44,291 nt of DNA from a virus (IMGVR_UViG_3300006639_000010:1-44291); one strand, 5' to 3'. Shown: positions 30,182 to 38,729, counted from the stretch's first letter. Numbers and translations: made by a program. The notes: generated by a model not told the origin, from the letters alone.

Positions 30182-30254
30182 TACCAAGGATGGGATTCGA
30201 ACCCACACTACTCGCATTTTGAGTGCAATGACTCTGCCGTTGGTCTACCTTGGC
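30182..30254 (-). tRNA. trnL: tRNA-Leu(CAA) with a short (5 nt) variable region
   Basis: GCCAAGG/CCTTGGT acceptor, A73, loop CT-CAA-AA, variable GTAGT, TTCGAAT T loop. Confidence 0.88.
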
Positions 30255-30258
30255 GTAA

Positions 30259-30349
30259 TAGGCGTTGAGGGAATCGAACCCACCTCTCGCGGCAATCTAC
30301 CACTAAGTCTTGTTATAAGCAAGATTGCATACCCAGATGCTAAACGCCC
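30259..30349 (-). tRNA. trnI: tRNA with UAU anticodon (Ile by anticodon) and a long variable arm
   Basis: GGGCGTT/AACGCCT acceptor, GCAT/ATGC D stem, TCTTG-CTTATAA-CAAGA, about 24-nt variable region with GTGGTA/TGCCGC stem, TTCGATT T loop. Confidence 0.8.
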
Positions 30350-30353
30350 AGAT

Positions 30354-30373
30354 GGGTAGGGTTTCCCCTACCC
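30354..30373 (-). other. Perfect 8-bp hairpin with GAAA tetraloop immediately 5' of the tRNA array
   Basis: Minus strand GGGTAGGG-GAAA-CCCTACCC, no U-tract. Confidence 0.7.
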
Positions 30374-30377
30374 TTGA

Positions 30378-30689
30378 TTACTTGTTGACGAAGTCAGACA
30401 ACTTGAAGTCATCGAACCCATCGGGATCATAGATGTACCAGTCATCGTTGTCCTTGGCAAACTTCTTGAGGTCAGCCATAGTCACGTCACTGGTGCACAC
30501 ATTAACCCAGGTATCAGTCTCGGTGCCAACCTCATCAGCAGCGCACTGGAGATAGGTACTGATGGTATCTTCATCCATATTGTCAGCAAGGACAGGGAAG
30601 GTCAGCGTGATCTGAACCATCTTGAAGTCCTTGATGGTTGGGTTTCTAGTAGTTTCCTTCTTGCCAATCGTAGCCTTAGTGAACTTCAT
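30378..30689 (-). CDS. Acidic hypothetical protein
   Basis: GGAGG SD, 103 aa. Confidence 0.7.
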   Translation of the reverse strand: MKFTKATIGKKETTRNPTIKDFKMVQITLTFPVLADNMDEDTISTYLQCAADEVGTETDTWVNVCTSDVTMADLKKFAKDNDDWYIYDPDGFDDFKLSDFVNK

Positions 30690-30691
30690 AA

Positions 30692-30922
30692 TTAGAATCC
30701 TCCGAAGTTATGACCGAACTTGTCCAACAGGGCACGAACAGTATTGTGGTCAAAGACACCACCAATGGTACCATCATCATCAGTCGTGATCTCAATGTAG
30801 ATCTTGGACATATCCTTGGGATCTGCAATTCCCATATACAGTTCTGGGCTTCCATTGCCTTCGTCATAACCTTGCATATAACCACTCAGGTTGAAATCAT
30901 AAACACGATCATCATTATTCAT
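30692..30922 (-). CDS. Hypothetical protein
   Basis: AAGGAG SD, 76 aa, coupled. Confidence 0.65.
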   Translation of the reverse strand: MNNDDRVYDFNLSGYMQGYDEGNGSPELYMGIADPKDMSKIYIEITTDDDGTIGGVFDHNTVRALLDKFGHNFGGF

Positions 30923-31289
30923 CTGACATCTCCTTAATCTCTAAAGTAAAGTAACCATCCTTCTTAGCCCATTCTTTGTGGGCTTCTAGAAAGATGATCT
31001 GGGCATCGTCATTCCATACTACACCGTTGCATAGATCCAGTATCGACTTGACGTAGTTGTCGATGTCTGGTCGTGGGTACAATAACTTACTGGTCTTGGG
31101 TTTGGTCGGGTATACCCCGACATACACATACAACTGGGACTCGGTTGGCTGCCAATCTCCTATGGTATTCTCTACCACAGGCTTGGCAGCCAACCTAAAG
31201 TCCTTGTATGTACCAGTAAAGTACGCGCCCCACTTGGATACCCGTGGTCTGCTAGCAGCCACAGGTGAAATGGGGAACTTCCACTTCAT
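30915..31289 (-). CDS. rusA: RusA-family Holliday junction resolvase
   Basis: P....RPR N-terminus; RPDIDNYVKSILD...G.VW.DD.QI catalytic motif. Confidence 0.9.
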   Translation of the reverse strand: MKWKFPISPVAASRPRVSKWGAYFTGTYKDFRLAAKPVVENTIGDWQPTESQLYVYVGVYPTKPKTSKLLYPRPDIDNYVKSILDLCNGVVWNDDAQIIFLEAHKEWAKKDGYFTLEIKEMSDE

Positions 31290-31837
31290 TAGAACGGGAT
31301 GTCCGAATCAGTGATTGCAGGGGAAGACTGGGCAGCAGTAGCCGCAGACTTTGCAGGTCGGTCAACATGAGTGCCGACATACCCTCCCTCAATTGCATCG
31401 AAGCCATTCACCTTGGCGGCAGGATCAGCAGAGTTCTTCTGCACGATCTGAACACCATTGAGGTAGAACGACATCGACTTGCTGGCACCCTTGGCAACAA
31501 CCACAGGGGCAAGCTTGATTCGCACAGTGTCACCACCAAACGGAACCACATCGGTATAGTTACCAGTGCTGTCCTGACAGGGGAATGCACCCTTGTCAAC
31601 ATGAGACTTGGACTTGAACTTGACAGTCTTGAGTCCATCCTTCTCATAGGTTCCGTTGATCTTCTTGCAACCATTCTCCTTGGCTACCGCCATAAGCGTA
31701 GCCTCAAGCTCCTCGGTCAACACAACAGTGATGTTGTGATTGGCAGAACCCTCACCGAACATAGTGTCGGGCTTGATCAGGTTGCTCCACTTGACCTCAA
31801 GAACCTTGGTGATGATGTTCTTAATACGCTCAGCCAT
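31289..31837 (-). CDS. ssb: Single-stranded DNA-binding protein (gp2.5-like)
   Basis: W..L.KPD, YLNGVQI, acidic C-terminal tip SDIPF; T7-type position. Confidence 0.8.
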   Translation of the reverse strand: MAERIKNIITKVLEVKWSNLIKPDTMFGEGSANHNITVVLTEELEATLMAVAKENGCKKINGTYEKDGLKTVKFKSKSHVDKGAFPCQDSTGNYTDVVPFGGDTVRIKLAPVVVAKGASKSMSFYLNGVQIVQKNSADPAAKVNGFDAIEGGYVGTHVDRPAKSAATAAQSSPAITDSDIPF

Positions 31838-31982
31838 TATCAGTAGTCTCCTCGTTAATCTTGTTGATGTTGTTGATCATGTCCTGCTGACATGCCTCAA
31901 GATACAGCACGATAGTCTCAAGATACTTAACAACTTCCTCAGCCTTGAGGATCTTCATCTTCTCTTCGTTCGTTTCTTCCAT
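31830..31982 (-). CDS. 50-aa hypothetical protein (MEETNEEK...)
   Basis: Read manually; GGAG SD; fills the gap between two genes. Confidence 0.55.
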   Translation of the reverse strand: MEETNEEKMKILKAEEVVKYLETIVLYLEACQQDMINNINKINEETTDNG

Positions 31983-32337
31983 TATGCTTCTCCATTAATA
32001 GTTCCGACAGCTTGTTGATGGTCTGCTCCATTGCAGTTTCCCATTGATCTGTCGGTGGTTTGATACTGAAACCCGCTGCCGATTCCAGAGGGAACATGTA
32101 CAGGTGCAGCAGCTCATGCACCAGTGTGTTGACTACATCGTAGTCCTCGTACTTGGGATTGAGAATCCGTATGGTAGAGTCCATGTGGTTAGGATCATAG
32201 GAGTTAAGACCAAAGACTTTCTCTGTCTCGGTATTAAGTTCCTCTGGCTTAGCCCATACCACGGTAATCTTCCAGTTGGTCAGCCCAAGTTTCTTCTGCC
32301 ACATCTTGGCTTCTTTCCTGAGCTGAGTTAGGTTCAT
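31939..32337 (-). CDS. HEXXH zinc metallopeptidase-like protein
   Basis: WQKKLGLTNW.I and TLVHELLH motifs, downstream Glu. Confidence 0.7.
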   Translation of the reverse strand: MNLTQLRKEAKMWQKKLGLTNWKITVVWAKPEELNTETEKVFGLNSYDPNHMDSTIRILNPKYEDYDVVNTLVHELLHLYMFPLESAAGFSIKPPTDQWETAMEQTINKLSELLMEKHNGRNERREDEDPQG

Positions 32338-32993
32338 AGATCCATCAGCTCCAGATAGGGATGACCGTCGATCACCACACCACAGGAAACCACAGGCTTC
32401 TTGAGGTAGGCAGATCCGTACAACATGGCGGGGTGGAAACGATCCACACCTGAGCCAACATTCATACCGAAGATCCTAGAGGTAGGACCGACGATCCAGT
32501 TAATACCCGCCACACTGTGATAGTGACCCATCACAACTGACTGTAGCCGCATCTTGGCAGCGTTGATGGCAGGGTACATACCGCCTGCACCAACACCGTG
32601 ATAGTAGTACACGCCATCAATCTCAATGGCAGGTACCCAATCCCAGTCGGCTGAATCATACACCTCTTCATATCCCTTGATGTAGTGGGCAGGGATACCT
32701 GCATCGGCAGCAATGCGGATGACACGATCATCGTGATTACCGATTGTAACCGTTGCTTGCTTGAAGTTCTTGACCCACTTACTCAGTTCATTCATAGCCT
32801 GACGATACTCGTCAAGGGCAGCAGGATGCTCTGGGTTCTTCTTATGGAAAGAGATGGACGCATGGTCTACCACATCTCCAATGAACAGGGTGGTGTCAGT
32901 CTTGTACTTCTTCTGCACCGACTTGACAAACGCTAGATACTGAGGATGCACAGCAGGGCAGTGCAGATCACCGATTACCAGAACTCTTGACAT
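32334..32993 (-). CDS. Calcineurin-like metallophosphoesterase
   Basis: GDLH, GDVVD, GNHD, HG, GHYH motifs. Confidence 0.9.
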   Translation of the reverse strand: MSRVLVIGDLHCPAVHPQYLAFVKSVQKKYKTDTTLFIGDVVDHASISFHKKNPEHPAALDEYRQAMNELSKWVKNFKQATVTIGNHDDRVIRIAADAGIPAHYIKGYEEVYDSADWDWVPAIEIDGVYYYHGVGAGGMYPAINAAKMRLQSVVMGHYHSVAGINWIVGPTSRIFGMNVGSGVDRFHPAMLYGSAYLKKPVVSCGVVIDGHPYLELMDL

Positions 32994-33213
32994 TCTTCAT
33001 CCTTCGCTTATAGTCCTCTTTCCATTGATCTGCAAGAGATGGCAGAGGTTCGCCATTGTCCTGCGGGATTGGTGAGTTAACATCAATACCCGTACCATCA
33101 AAGTCGGCTTGCTGATGGATGTTCCATGAATCATAGAGATCACCCCACCTATAGCTCCGACCGTTAAGTTCAACCTTCTTCTTTTTGTTCGATGTAGATG
33201 TCGACTTTGACAT
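32968..33213 (-). CDS. Hypothetical protein (MSKSTS...)
   Basis: Coupled ORF; start uncertain. Confidence 0.5.
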   Translation of the reverse strand: MSKSTSTSNKKKKVELNGRSYRWGDLYDSWNIHQQADFDGTGIDVNSPIPQDNGEPLPSLADQWKEDYKRRMKNVKSSGNR

Positions 33214-33409
33214 GCTCAACCTTCTTCGCCTTCTTCTTGGCGAGGTAATCAACCATATATGTGAGGAACTGGACATGCATCCAGTCCGTTGTACAGAGAA
33301 AGACCAATGTAACAGGTGTCTTGGTCTTGTCCTTCATTGCCTTGTGGATTATCCTGACACCTGATTCAATGGCTCCCTCGCTGTCTATGATAATAGGAGG
33401 GGAGTTCAA
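33170..33409 (-). CDS. Hypothetical protein
   Basis: TTGA overlap with the RNAP stop. Confidence 0.55.
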   Translation of the reverse strand: MNSPPIIIDSEGAIESGVRIIHKAMKDKTKTPVTLVFLCTTDWMHVQFLTYMVDYLAKKKAKKVEHVKVDIYIEQKEEG

Positions 33410-35880
33410 TGAAAGAAGTACTCACTCTCTAGCACCTTGGTGATATCCAGAGTACCAGTGCTAGGTACATCTGGCAGATCCTCACCAAGTTGCAGACATA
33501 GTTGCTCACGCAACACCTGTAGTTGGTTGACCTGATGAATCTTTACGAACTCTTGCCTTGTTACTTGTCGGAGATTGTCCACCTCTGGTGCATGCACACC
33601 ATACGAATCGTGGATAAACGAATACGAATCACATGTCAGCTCGTTGATTACTGCGAACATGTGACTGGCATCCAACGAGTGAATATAGTTGGGAGAGATG
33701 CCGTTCTGTGCTTCTCTACCGTTCACCTCGTCTCTGACAAACTCATTAAACTCTATTCGCAGTGCGGTTGTTGCCGACTGCAAGTTAACAATACCGTTTG
33801 TCTTACCGTAGTATTGGTGGCACACCTTGAAACCAATCGGTGTAGTCCACTCAAGATGAATCTTCTTATCGGCTGCAATCTTAGCGATTGCCTTGAGCCA
33901 AGTCTTACCTTGGTTTGGGATAGTAAGCAGCGAGTTCATCGCAGCCTGTACATACTTGGTAAGTTCCTTGGCACCGTTGATCCTGAGTGTCTTATCTAAC
34001 CAGTCAAGATGCCCGTCATTGAGAAGACCGTCTGCGATACCTCTGGTTGTGACACCATAGGGATCAGTCATAACAGCCCGCTTGACAACAGAACGACTGA
34101 CCTTACCTTCCCATTCCTCAAGGAACAGGGTAACCCAGGGATCCTTGTGGTTCAACGGAAGCATAGCCGTAGTTACCTCAGCGGCAACCACACCATATGC
34201 GTCGTTAGGCTTGGGGTCAGGCAGCAGATTGACCATACGACCAATCACAGGATCCTTTGCAATGGCAGCCCAGTGTTGGATACCATTGCAGGAACCATCC
34301 ATACCGATAGGTAGCTGAGTCATACCATCCTCACGGAACAGTTCGAACACAGCAGCCAATCGTTGGAATGATTGATTCTTCTTCTTCTTGTCATCAGCCC
34401 AGAGATTCAGAGTCTCAAAGGGATCGTCGTTGATTGACCGCAACATCTTCATGTTGTCATCAACCCACTTGACACGATCAGCGAATGACTTCTTGTCCTG
34501 ATCAAACAGGTTGGCAACCTGTACCTTGAGCCAGTACCTACCTCGTTCTGTCTGAGGTACGGCATTGGCAAAGAGAATCAAGGCTCTGTCTTGATCACCT
34601 GACTGTGGCGACAGCAAGTCAGTAGCCGTATAGGCACGACCCCTGAAGTCACAGGTATACACATGATAGAAGAAGCCATACGAAACCAAGTCCTTTGCCA
34701 ACGATAACCGTAGGCACATCCTGATTCGTTCGTTCTCCTTGCGATACCACTCCGACCACAACTCAGACTTCTCTAACTTAGTTCTCTCAAGTTCTTCTGG
34801 ATCCGTTATGTCTGATCTATCCTGCGTAAGCACAGGATCCATTTCATATGGAGGCAGGTTGGCAATCCTGTTATTGGACTTGAACAACTTCTCCATTACA
34901 TCCAGTACCTTGGTGTTGACACACCATTCGGTGGACATCAGCTTGTTTAGACCGTCGATTACTTTCTGTGATGGCTCGCTACCCTTGAACTCGGTAACGA
35001 AATCCTCACCATGAAAGTAAATGTAACCACGATCTACCATACCCTTACGAAGATACTCGGAATGCACACCACCAGATAGACCGATGGCATGAGACATTGG
35101 AGGTACAATCATCGGACGATACCTGATCTTAGCACGAAGCATGAAGTCAGAGTGTGCTTCAGTAAGACCCGCAGTTACCTCAGGTGTAAAGCTAACAGCA
35201 ATAGGACTTGAGGTACTACCTTCCCAGAACTTAGTGCGTTCAATGATGCCAGCTCTCTCAAGGATAACCATAAGGTTAAGACCAAGATAGTACCGTTCCT
35301 TATTACTAAGGCGGATGTGTGCATCAGACTTGTGATTCTTAATGAAGTCTCTGATCTGTCTGTTTGTCCATCTATTCTTAAGAATCTTACTAGCAAGAAC
35401 CCAAGCACCAGCATTCTCATTACGAGACTGTTGGTAGTTGACAGCAGTCTGTATTGTATTAGCGATAGACCTAGCAAGATCTTGCTGAAGTACGGGAGTA
35501 AACTTTCTCCCGTTATCGTCGTTGTCTGTTCCTTCAATTCCCTTACGCTGTGTAGTAAGAATTGTCTCAGTACAAACCGTGATCAACAGACCAGCAATAC
35601 GCCTAGGTCCAAGCCTATAGATTGGATTGACCCAGGGTATGTTTCGTTTCTGAAGATCACAGAGGTATTCTTCAATAGCATTGGAGATGTGATCAACAAC
35701 ACTAAAGATTAATGCTTGTTCAGGTGCATAAGAACTGGGATCTCTCTCATAGTTATCCCAGTATTTCTGTAACGATTCGTTGAAGATGTCTTCTTCAAAG
35801 ATAGAGTTAAGTGTTAATCTAGTTTGTCTATCTTCAAAGGTTAAGCCAAGCCATTGCTTTCCAACGCAATACTTTGTCAT
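33406..35880 (-). CDS. Single-subunit DNA-dependent RNA polymerase (T7 gp1-like)
   Basis: PMIVPP, DFRGRAY, DGSCNGIQH, R..VKR.VMT..YG, PNYIHSLDASH, IHDSYG, SEYFF; AAGGAG SD before ATG 35880. Confidence 0.97.
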   Translation of the reverse strand: MTKYCVGKQWLGLTFEDRQTRLTLNSIFEEDIFNESLQKYWDNYERDPSSYAPEQALIFSVVDHISNAIEEYLCDLQKRNIPWVNPIYRLGPRRIAGLLITVCTETILTTQRKGIEGTDNDDNGRKFTPVLQQDLARSIANTIQTAVNYQQSRNENAGAWVLASKILKNRWTNRQIRDFIKNHKSDAHIRLSNKERYYLGLNLMVILERAGIIERTKFWEGSTSSPIAVSFTPEVTAGLTEAHSDFMLRAKIRYRPMIVPPMSHAIGLSGGVHSEYLRKGMVDRGYIYFHGEDFVTEFKGSEPSQKVIDGLNKLMSTEWCVNTKVLDVMEKLFKSNNRIANLPPYEMDPVLTQDRSDITDPEELERTKLEKSELWSEWYRKENERIRMCLRLSLAKDLVSYGFFYHVYTCDFRGRAYTATDLLSPQSGDQDRALILFANAVPQTERGRYWLKVQVANLFDQDKKSFADRVKWVDDNMKMLRSINDDPFETLNLWADDKKKKNQSFQRLAAVFELFREDGMTQLPIGMDGSCNGIQHWAAIAKDPVIGRMVNLLPDPKPNDAYGVVAAEVTTAMLPLNHKDPWVTLFLEEWEGKVSRSVVKRAVMTDPYGVTTRGIADGLLNDGHLDWLDKTLRINGAKELTKYVQAAMNSLLTIPNQGKTWLKAIAKIAADKKIHLEWTTPIGFKVCHQYYGKTNGIVNLQSATTALRIEFNEFVRDEVNGREAQNGISPNYIHSLDASHMFAVINELTCDSYSFIHDSYGVHAPEVDNLRQVTRQEFVKIHQVNQLQVLREQLCLQLGEDLPDVPSTGTLDITKVLESEYFFH

Positions 35881-35919
35881 GTTTATTCTCCTTGGCAAGC
35901 CAACGAGGCTTGGTGTGTC

Positions 35920-35939
35920 CTTCAATACGTCTCCTGCTC
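35920..35939 (-). promoter_or_regulatory. Candidate phage RNAP promoter, copy 1 (GAGCAGGAGACGTATTGAAG)
   Basis: 19/20 identical to 21117-21136; intergenic, upstream of the RNAP gene. Confidence 0.55.
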
Positions 35940-35943
35940 CCCG

Positions 35944-36135
35944 TCAGTCCGCCCCCGACTTATCGGGCTGAGAACAATCGCCCAACAGAAGCTCCCCAAC
36001 AGGCAGGATATCGTTCGCGTCAACCTCATCATTGCACAGCCGTGCATAGTCTTCGTCGGTAATGACGCAAATACTACAGCCATCAACAGTTGACCAAGTC
36101 TCACCGTCAGGCAGAATCAGAATCGTCCTCATCAT
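35944..36135 (-). CDS. Early hypothetical protein
   Basis: AAGGAGG SD, MMRTILILPDGETW. Confidence 0.65.
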   Translation of the reverse strand: MMRTILILPDGETWSTVDGCSICVITDEDYARLCNDEVDANDILPVGELLLGDCSQPDKSGAD

Positions 36136-36226
36136 TATCCTCCTTTGGATCATAGTCGTTCTCATTGTACCAGTAATCAGTACAGTGCATCTCGTCAATA
36201 AAGTTTACCCAGTCCATGTTATCCAT
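36107..36226 (-). CDS. Very acidic 39-aa early protein
   Basis: MDNMDWVNFIDE...; 15 D/E against 1 K; start uncertain. Confidence 0.5.
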   Translation of the reverse strand: MDNMDWVNFIDEMHCTDYWYNENDYDPKEDNDEDDSDSA

Positions 36227-36245
36227 ATCGTCCCACTCTCCCTCT

Positions 36246-36473
36246 TCAGTACATCTCGACATTACGATCATCCTGTGCTTCAAGAGCAATCACAATACCA
36301 ATAGCCTGCTCTTCAGCCATTAGTGGACACCTGAAGTTACCATCAATAGAGGTAGCAGACCAGTCCCAATCATAGATATCAAGATGGGTATTCAGTTTCT
36401 TCTCATAGGAAACCCAACCAGATGCCACATACCCTGGTCGGTACTCAAGGTTATCAAAGCGTTCAATCCACAT
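36246..36473 (-). CDS. Early hypothetical protein
   Basis: Start overlaps the upstream stop, GGAG SD. Confidence 0.6.
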   Translation of the reverse strand: MWIERFDNLEYRPGYVASGWVSYEKKLNTHLDIYDWDWSATSIDGNFRCPLMAEEQAIGIVIALEAQDDRNVEMY

Positions 36474-36712
36474 CAGTAGACTCCCGTGTTAGCGAAGTTG
36501 CGAATCTCTCGGATGGTATAGGTACCTTCCTTGAACATGAACAGCATGTTGGCAACACCCATGACAAGACGGTACTCATCCTTCTTGCCATCGTCCCACA
36601 GCCGCATCGCCATATTGTACAGATACTCGGCTTGCTTGTCAAGCACATCACCCTGAATCTGAATCTCGTTCACATACTCATGTCGGTTATCAATGTCCAT
36701 AGTTACCACCAT
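36473..36712 (-). CDS. Early hypothetical protein
   Basis: Coupled ORF. Confidence 0.6.
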   Translation of the reverse strand: MVVTMDIDNRHEYVNEIQIQGDVLDKQAEYLYNMAMRLWDDGKKDEYRLVMGVANMLFMFKEGTYTIREIRNFANTGVY

Positions 36713-37083
36713 CCAATCACAGTTGCACCTTCAGCAGCAGCAATCTCAAACCACTTGAGAAGATCTTGCGCTTCCTGAAAGGAAATATCATACTCATTTA
36801 CATAGGCTGCAAAGAACTCTGGAGTCGTACTGACTCGCAGTTCATCTGCAATAGCCTGCACAGTATCAGGATCAATGATCTCCTCATACAGAGTCATGCC
36901 AGTTGCGTACTGTACCCAACTGTCATACCGCTTACCCCTGAAGGCAGAACCCTGACCACTAAACATTCCGTGACCAAGGTCAATACCCTCAAACAAACTG
37001 TCGGGCAGCAGGTTAGATTCACTAACATCGGTAGGACACTTGTGGTGTTCCGTACCATACACAGCGTAGTTATCGAGTCCCAT
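36703..37083 (-). CDS. Early hypothetical protein (MGLD... family)
   Basis: MGLD start, FRGK.Y, terminal GWW; TAATG coupling. Confidence 0.7.
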   Translation of the reverse strand: MGLDNYAVYGTEHHKCPTDVSESNLLPDSLFEGIDLGHGMFSGQGSAFRGKRYDSWVQYATGMTLYEEIIDPDTVQAIADELRVSTTPEFFAAYVNEYDISFQEAQDLLKWFEIAAAEGATVIGWW

Positions 37084-37403
37084 TAGTTAACATCTCCACT
37101 TGCTCGGTTCTTGTAGACCTCAGACCTAGCATGATCTACAATCTTCTCGTACAGAAGTTCCATGACTACATCGACAGCCATGTCATACAGAAATCCATCG
37201 GTTGGCGACAGATCCCCAGGGAATCGTGCACCAAGGTGGAACACATCATCACCATTCACATCTACAATAGTCAGGTTCTTGAAGAACACATCCCACAGTA
37301 TACCCTTAGCAGGGTCTACCTTGCAGACGGTATCGCCAAAGAAACTGTACTCAGATCCGTAGTAAGACACATCAAGCGACACATTGTAGTCGATATCCGT
37401 CAT
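37083..37403 (-). CDS. Early hypothetical protein
   Basis: ATGA overlap at 37400-37403. Confidence 0.6.
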   Translation of the reverse strand: MTDIDYNVSLDVSYYGSEYSFFGDTVCKVDPAKGILWDVFFKNLTIVDVNGDDVFHLGARFPGDLSPTDGFLYDMAVDVVMELLYEKIVDHARSEVYKNRASGDVN

Positions 37404-37795
37404 CGCTGTAGCCCCATCACGATAGCGTCGAGCAGACACTTGCGTCCTGCATCGGAGGCAAAGAAGTTCTTGATCTCGTCACTCACAACATCAGATAGCG
37501 TCTCCTCAATAGCCCGCTCAATAGCGCGGTCATTGACACAGTCCTCTACATATCCCTGCACATTGCGGTCACAGTAACTTTCAACTGCATCCTCGACAAC
37601 ACTAGTATCGAAGTGATCCTCGAAAGAGAAGTGATCACTGAAGCAGAACTCATAGTTAAAGTAGTTACTGACAGACGAATCAATCTGATCGTTGCACACA
37701 TCACGAATGATATCAGAGGTGCAACTATCCTTGATCTTGCTATAGATGAAAGCCTCGACAGCACTGCCGACATTATTAGAGAGATTGTTTTCCAT
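37400..37795 (-). CDS. Acidic helical early protein (DNA-mimic candidate)
   Basis: About 27 D/E against about 10 K/R in 131 aa. Confidence 0.65.
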   Translation of the reverse strand: MENNLSNNVGSAVEAFIYSKIKDSCTSDIIRDVCNDQIDSSVSNYFNYEFCFSDHFSFEDHFDTSVVEDAVESYCDRNVQGYVEDCVNDRAIERAIEETLSDVVSDEIKNFFASDAGRKCLLDAIVMGLQR

Positions 37796-37799
37796 TGTA

Positions 37800-38024
37800 T
37801 TATCCAATCGTAACACGGGTCACCGAACACGCTTCGGTATCATAGGTTTCTGCGTCAACAAGCAGAGGTTCAGACAGTTGCTCGGGAAGATCCTTCGTAA
37901 AGATGATGGATGGATTCTCCTCAATGGCAGTGATGAAATCCTTGAGGTTAATGTCATCATCAAGTTCAAGTTCCCAAGTCTCACACACAGTCTGACGCGA
38001 GTCCATCTCAATAAAGATCTTCAT
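37800..38024 (-). CDS. Acidic early hypothetical protein
   Basis: TAATG coupling, AAGGA SD. Confidence 0.6.
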   Translation of the reverse strand: MKIFIEMDSRQTVCETWELELDDDINLKDFITAIEENPSIIFTKDLPEQLSEPLLVDAETYDTEACSVTRVTIG

Positions 38025-38356
38025 TAGTACAGTTCCTTTCCGAAAGAATCCTTGCGCTCCCACTCCTCATAGACCGACTCATCATACGCAGATGTGTCGA
38101 TATCAAACCACTCACATGCGGCATCATAGATCTCCCGCCAGTTAATCTCTGGACTATACAGGGAGATACCATCGGGAGTGATGGGACTGCCATACACACG
38201 AATGAATGACACCTTGGCACAGTACGCCATGTCATCCTTCAGCATACCCGCCCGAACAAAGGGGCGACAGGCAGAACGAAACTGTTGCCACACAGCCTCA
38301 TCATTCTGCAGCCACAGCACGACATTCCAAGTCTCGTAGTTAGACCATCCGTTCAT
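38024..38356 (-). CDS. Conserved phage early protein (NGWxNYETW family)
   Basis: MNGWSNYETWNVVLWLQNDE...TPDG..INWREI motif; GGAGG SD. Confidence 0.75.
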   Translation of the reverse strand: MNGWSNYETWNVVLWLQNDEAVWQQFRSACRPFVRAGMLKDDMAYCAKVSFIRVYGSPITPDGISLYSPEINWREIYDAACEWFDIDTSAYDESVYEEWERKDSFGKELY

Positions 38357-38460
38357 TTGTTCCTCCGCTTAATGGTGCGATACACCAGACCAAGACACAC
38401 ACCAAACACCACCAAACCAATGATGGATTCGATAAACATCTGCTTAAACAGCTGAGCCAT
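38353..38460 (-). CDS. 35-aa single-TM protein
   Basis: MAQLFKQMFIESIIGLVVFGVCLGLVYRTIKRRNK, read manually; ATGA coupling to the next gene. Confidence 0.5.
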   Translation of the reverse strand: MAQLFKQMFIESIIGLVVFGVCLGLVYRTIKRRNK

Positions 38461-38581
38461 TGGTACGATCCAGATGCATCATATACATGATCGCATCATC
38501 AAAGGTTTCGAATCCGTCGATAGCGGTATTACCAATGTACACCATGTACCAACCATCCTCAAAGTCAATCGACATCAGCAT
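38444..38581 (-). CDS. 45-aa early protein (paralogue B)
   Basis: MLMSIDFEDGWYMVYIGNTAIDGFETFDDAIMY..., AGGAG SD. Confidence 0.55.
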   Translation of the reverse strand: MLMSIDFEDGWYMVYIGNTAIDGFETFDDAIMYMMHLDRTNGSAV

Positions 38582-38729
38582 TAGTCTCTCCTAGTTCGTA
38601 TGTATACTTGATGGCATCCATCTCATCCAAGAAACCTTCGATGATGATGCCACGATTATCCACTACATTATACCATGCCTTATTATCGTAGAAGACACGG
38701 TACAATCCGTGAAACATTACAAGCGTCAC
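38565..38729 (-). CDS. 54-aa early protein (paralogue A)
   Basis: GTGA coupling; ...FYDNKAWYNVVDNRGIIIEGFLDEMDAIKY... Confidence 0.55.
   Translation of the reverse strand: MTLVMFHGLYRVFYDNKAWYNVVDNRGIIIEGFLDEMDAIKYTYELGETNADVD

Noticed and set aside
35881-35925. RNAP start at TTG 35925
   Set aside because: It lies inside the repeated promoter-like motif; ATG 35880 has a better-placed AAGGAG SD
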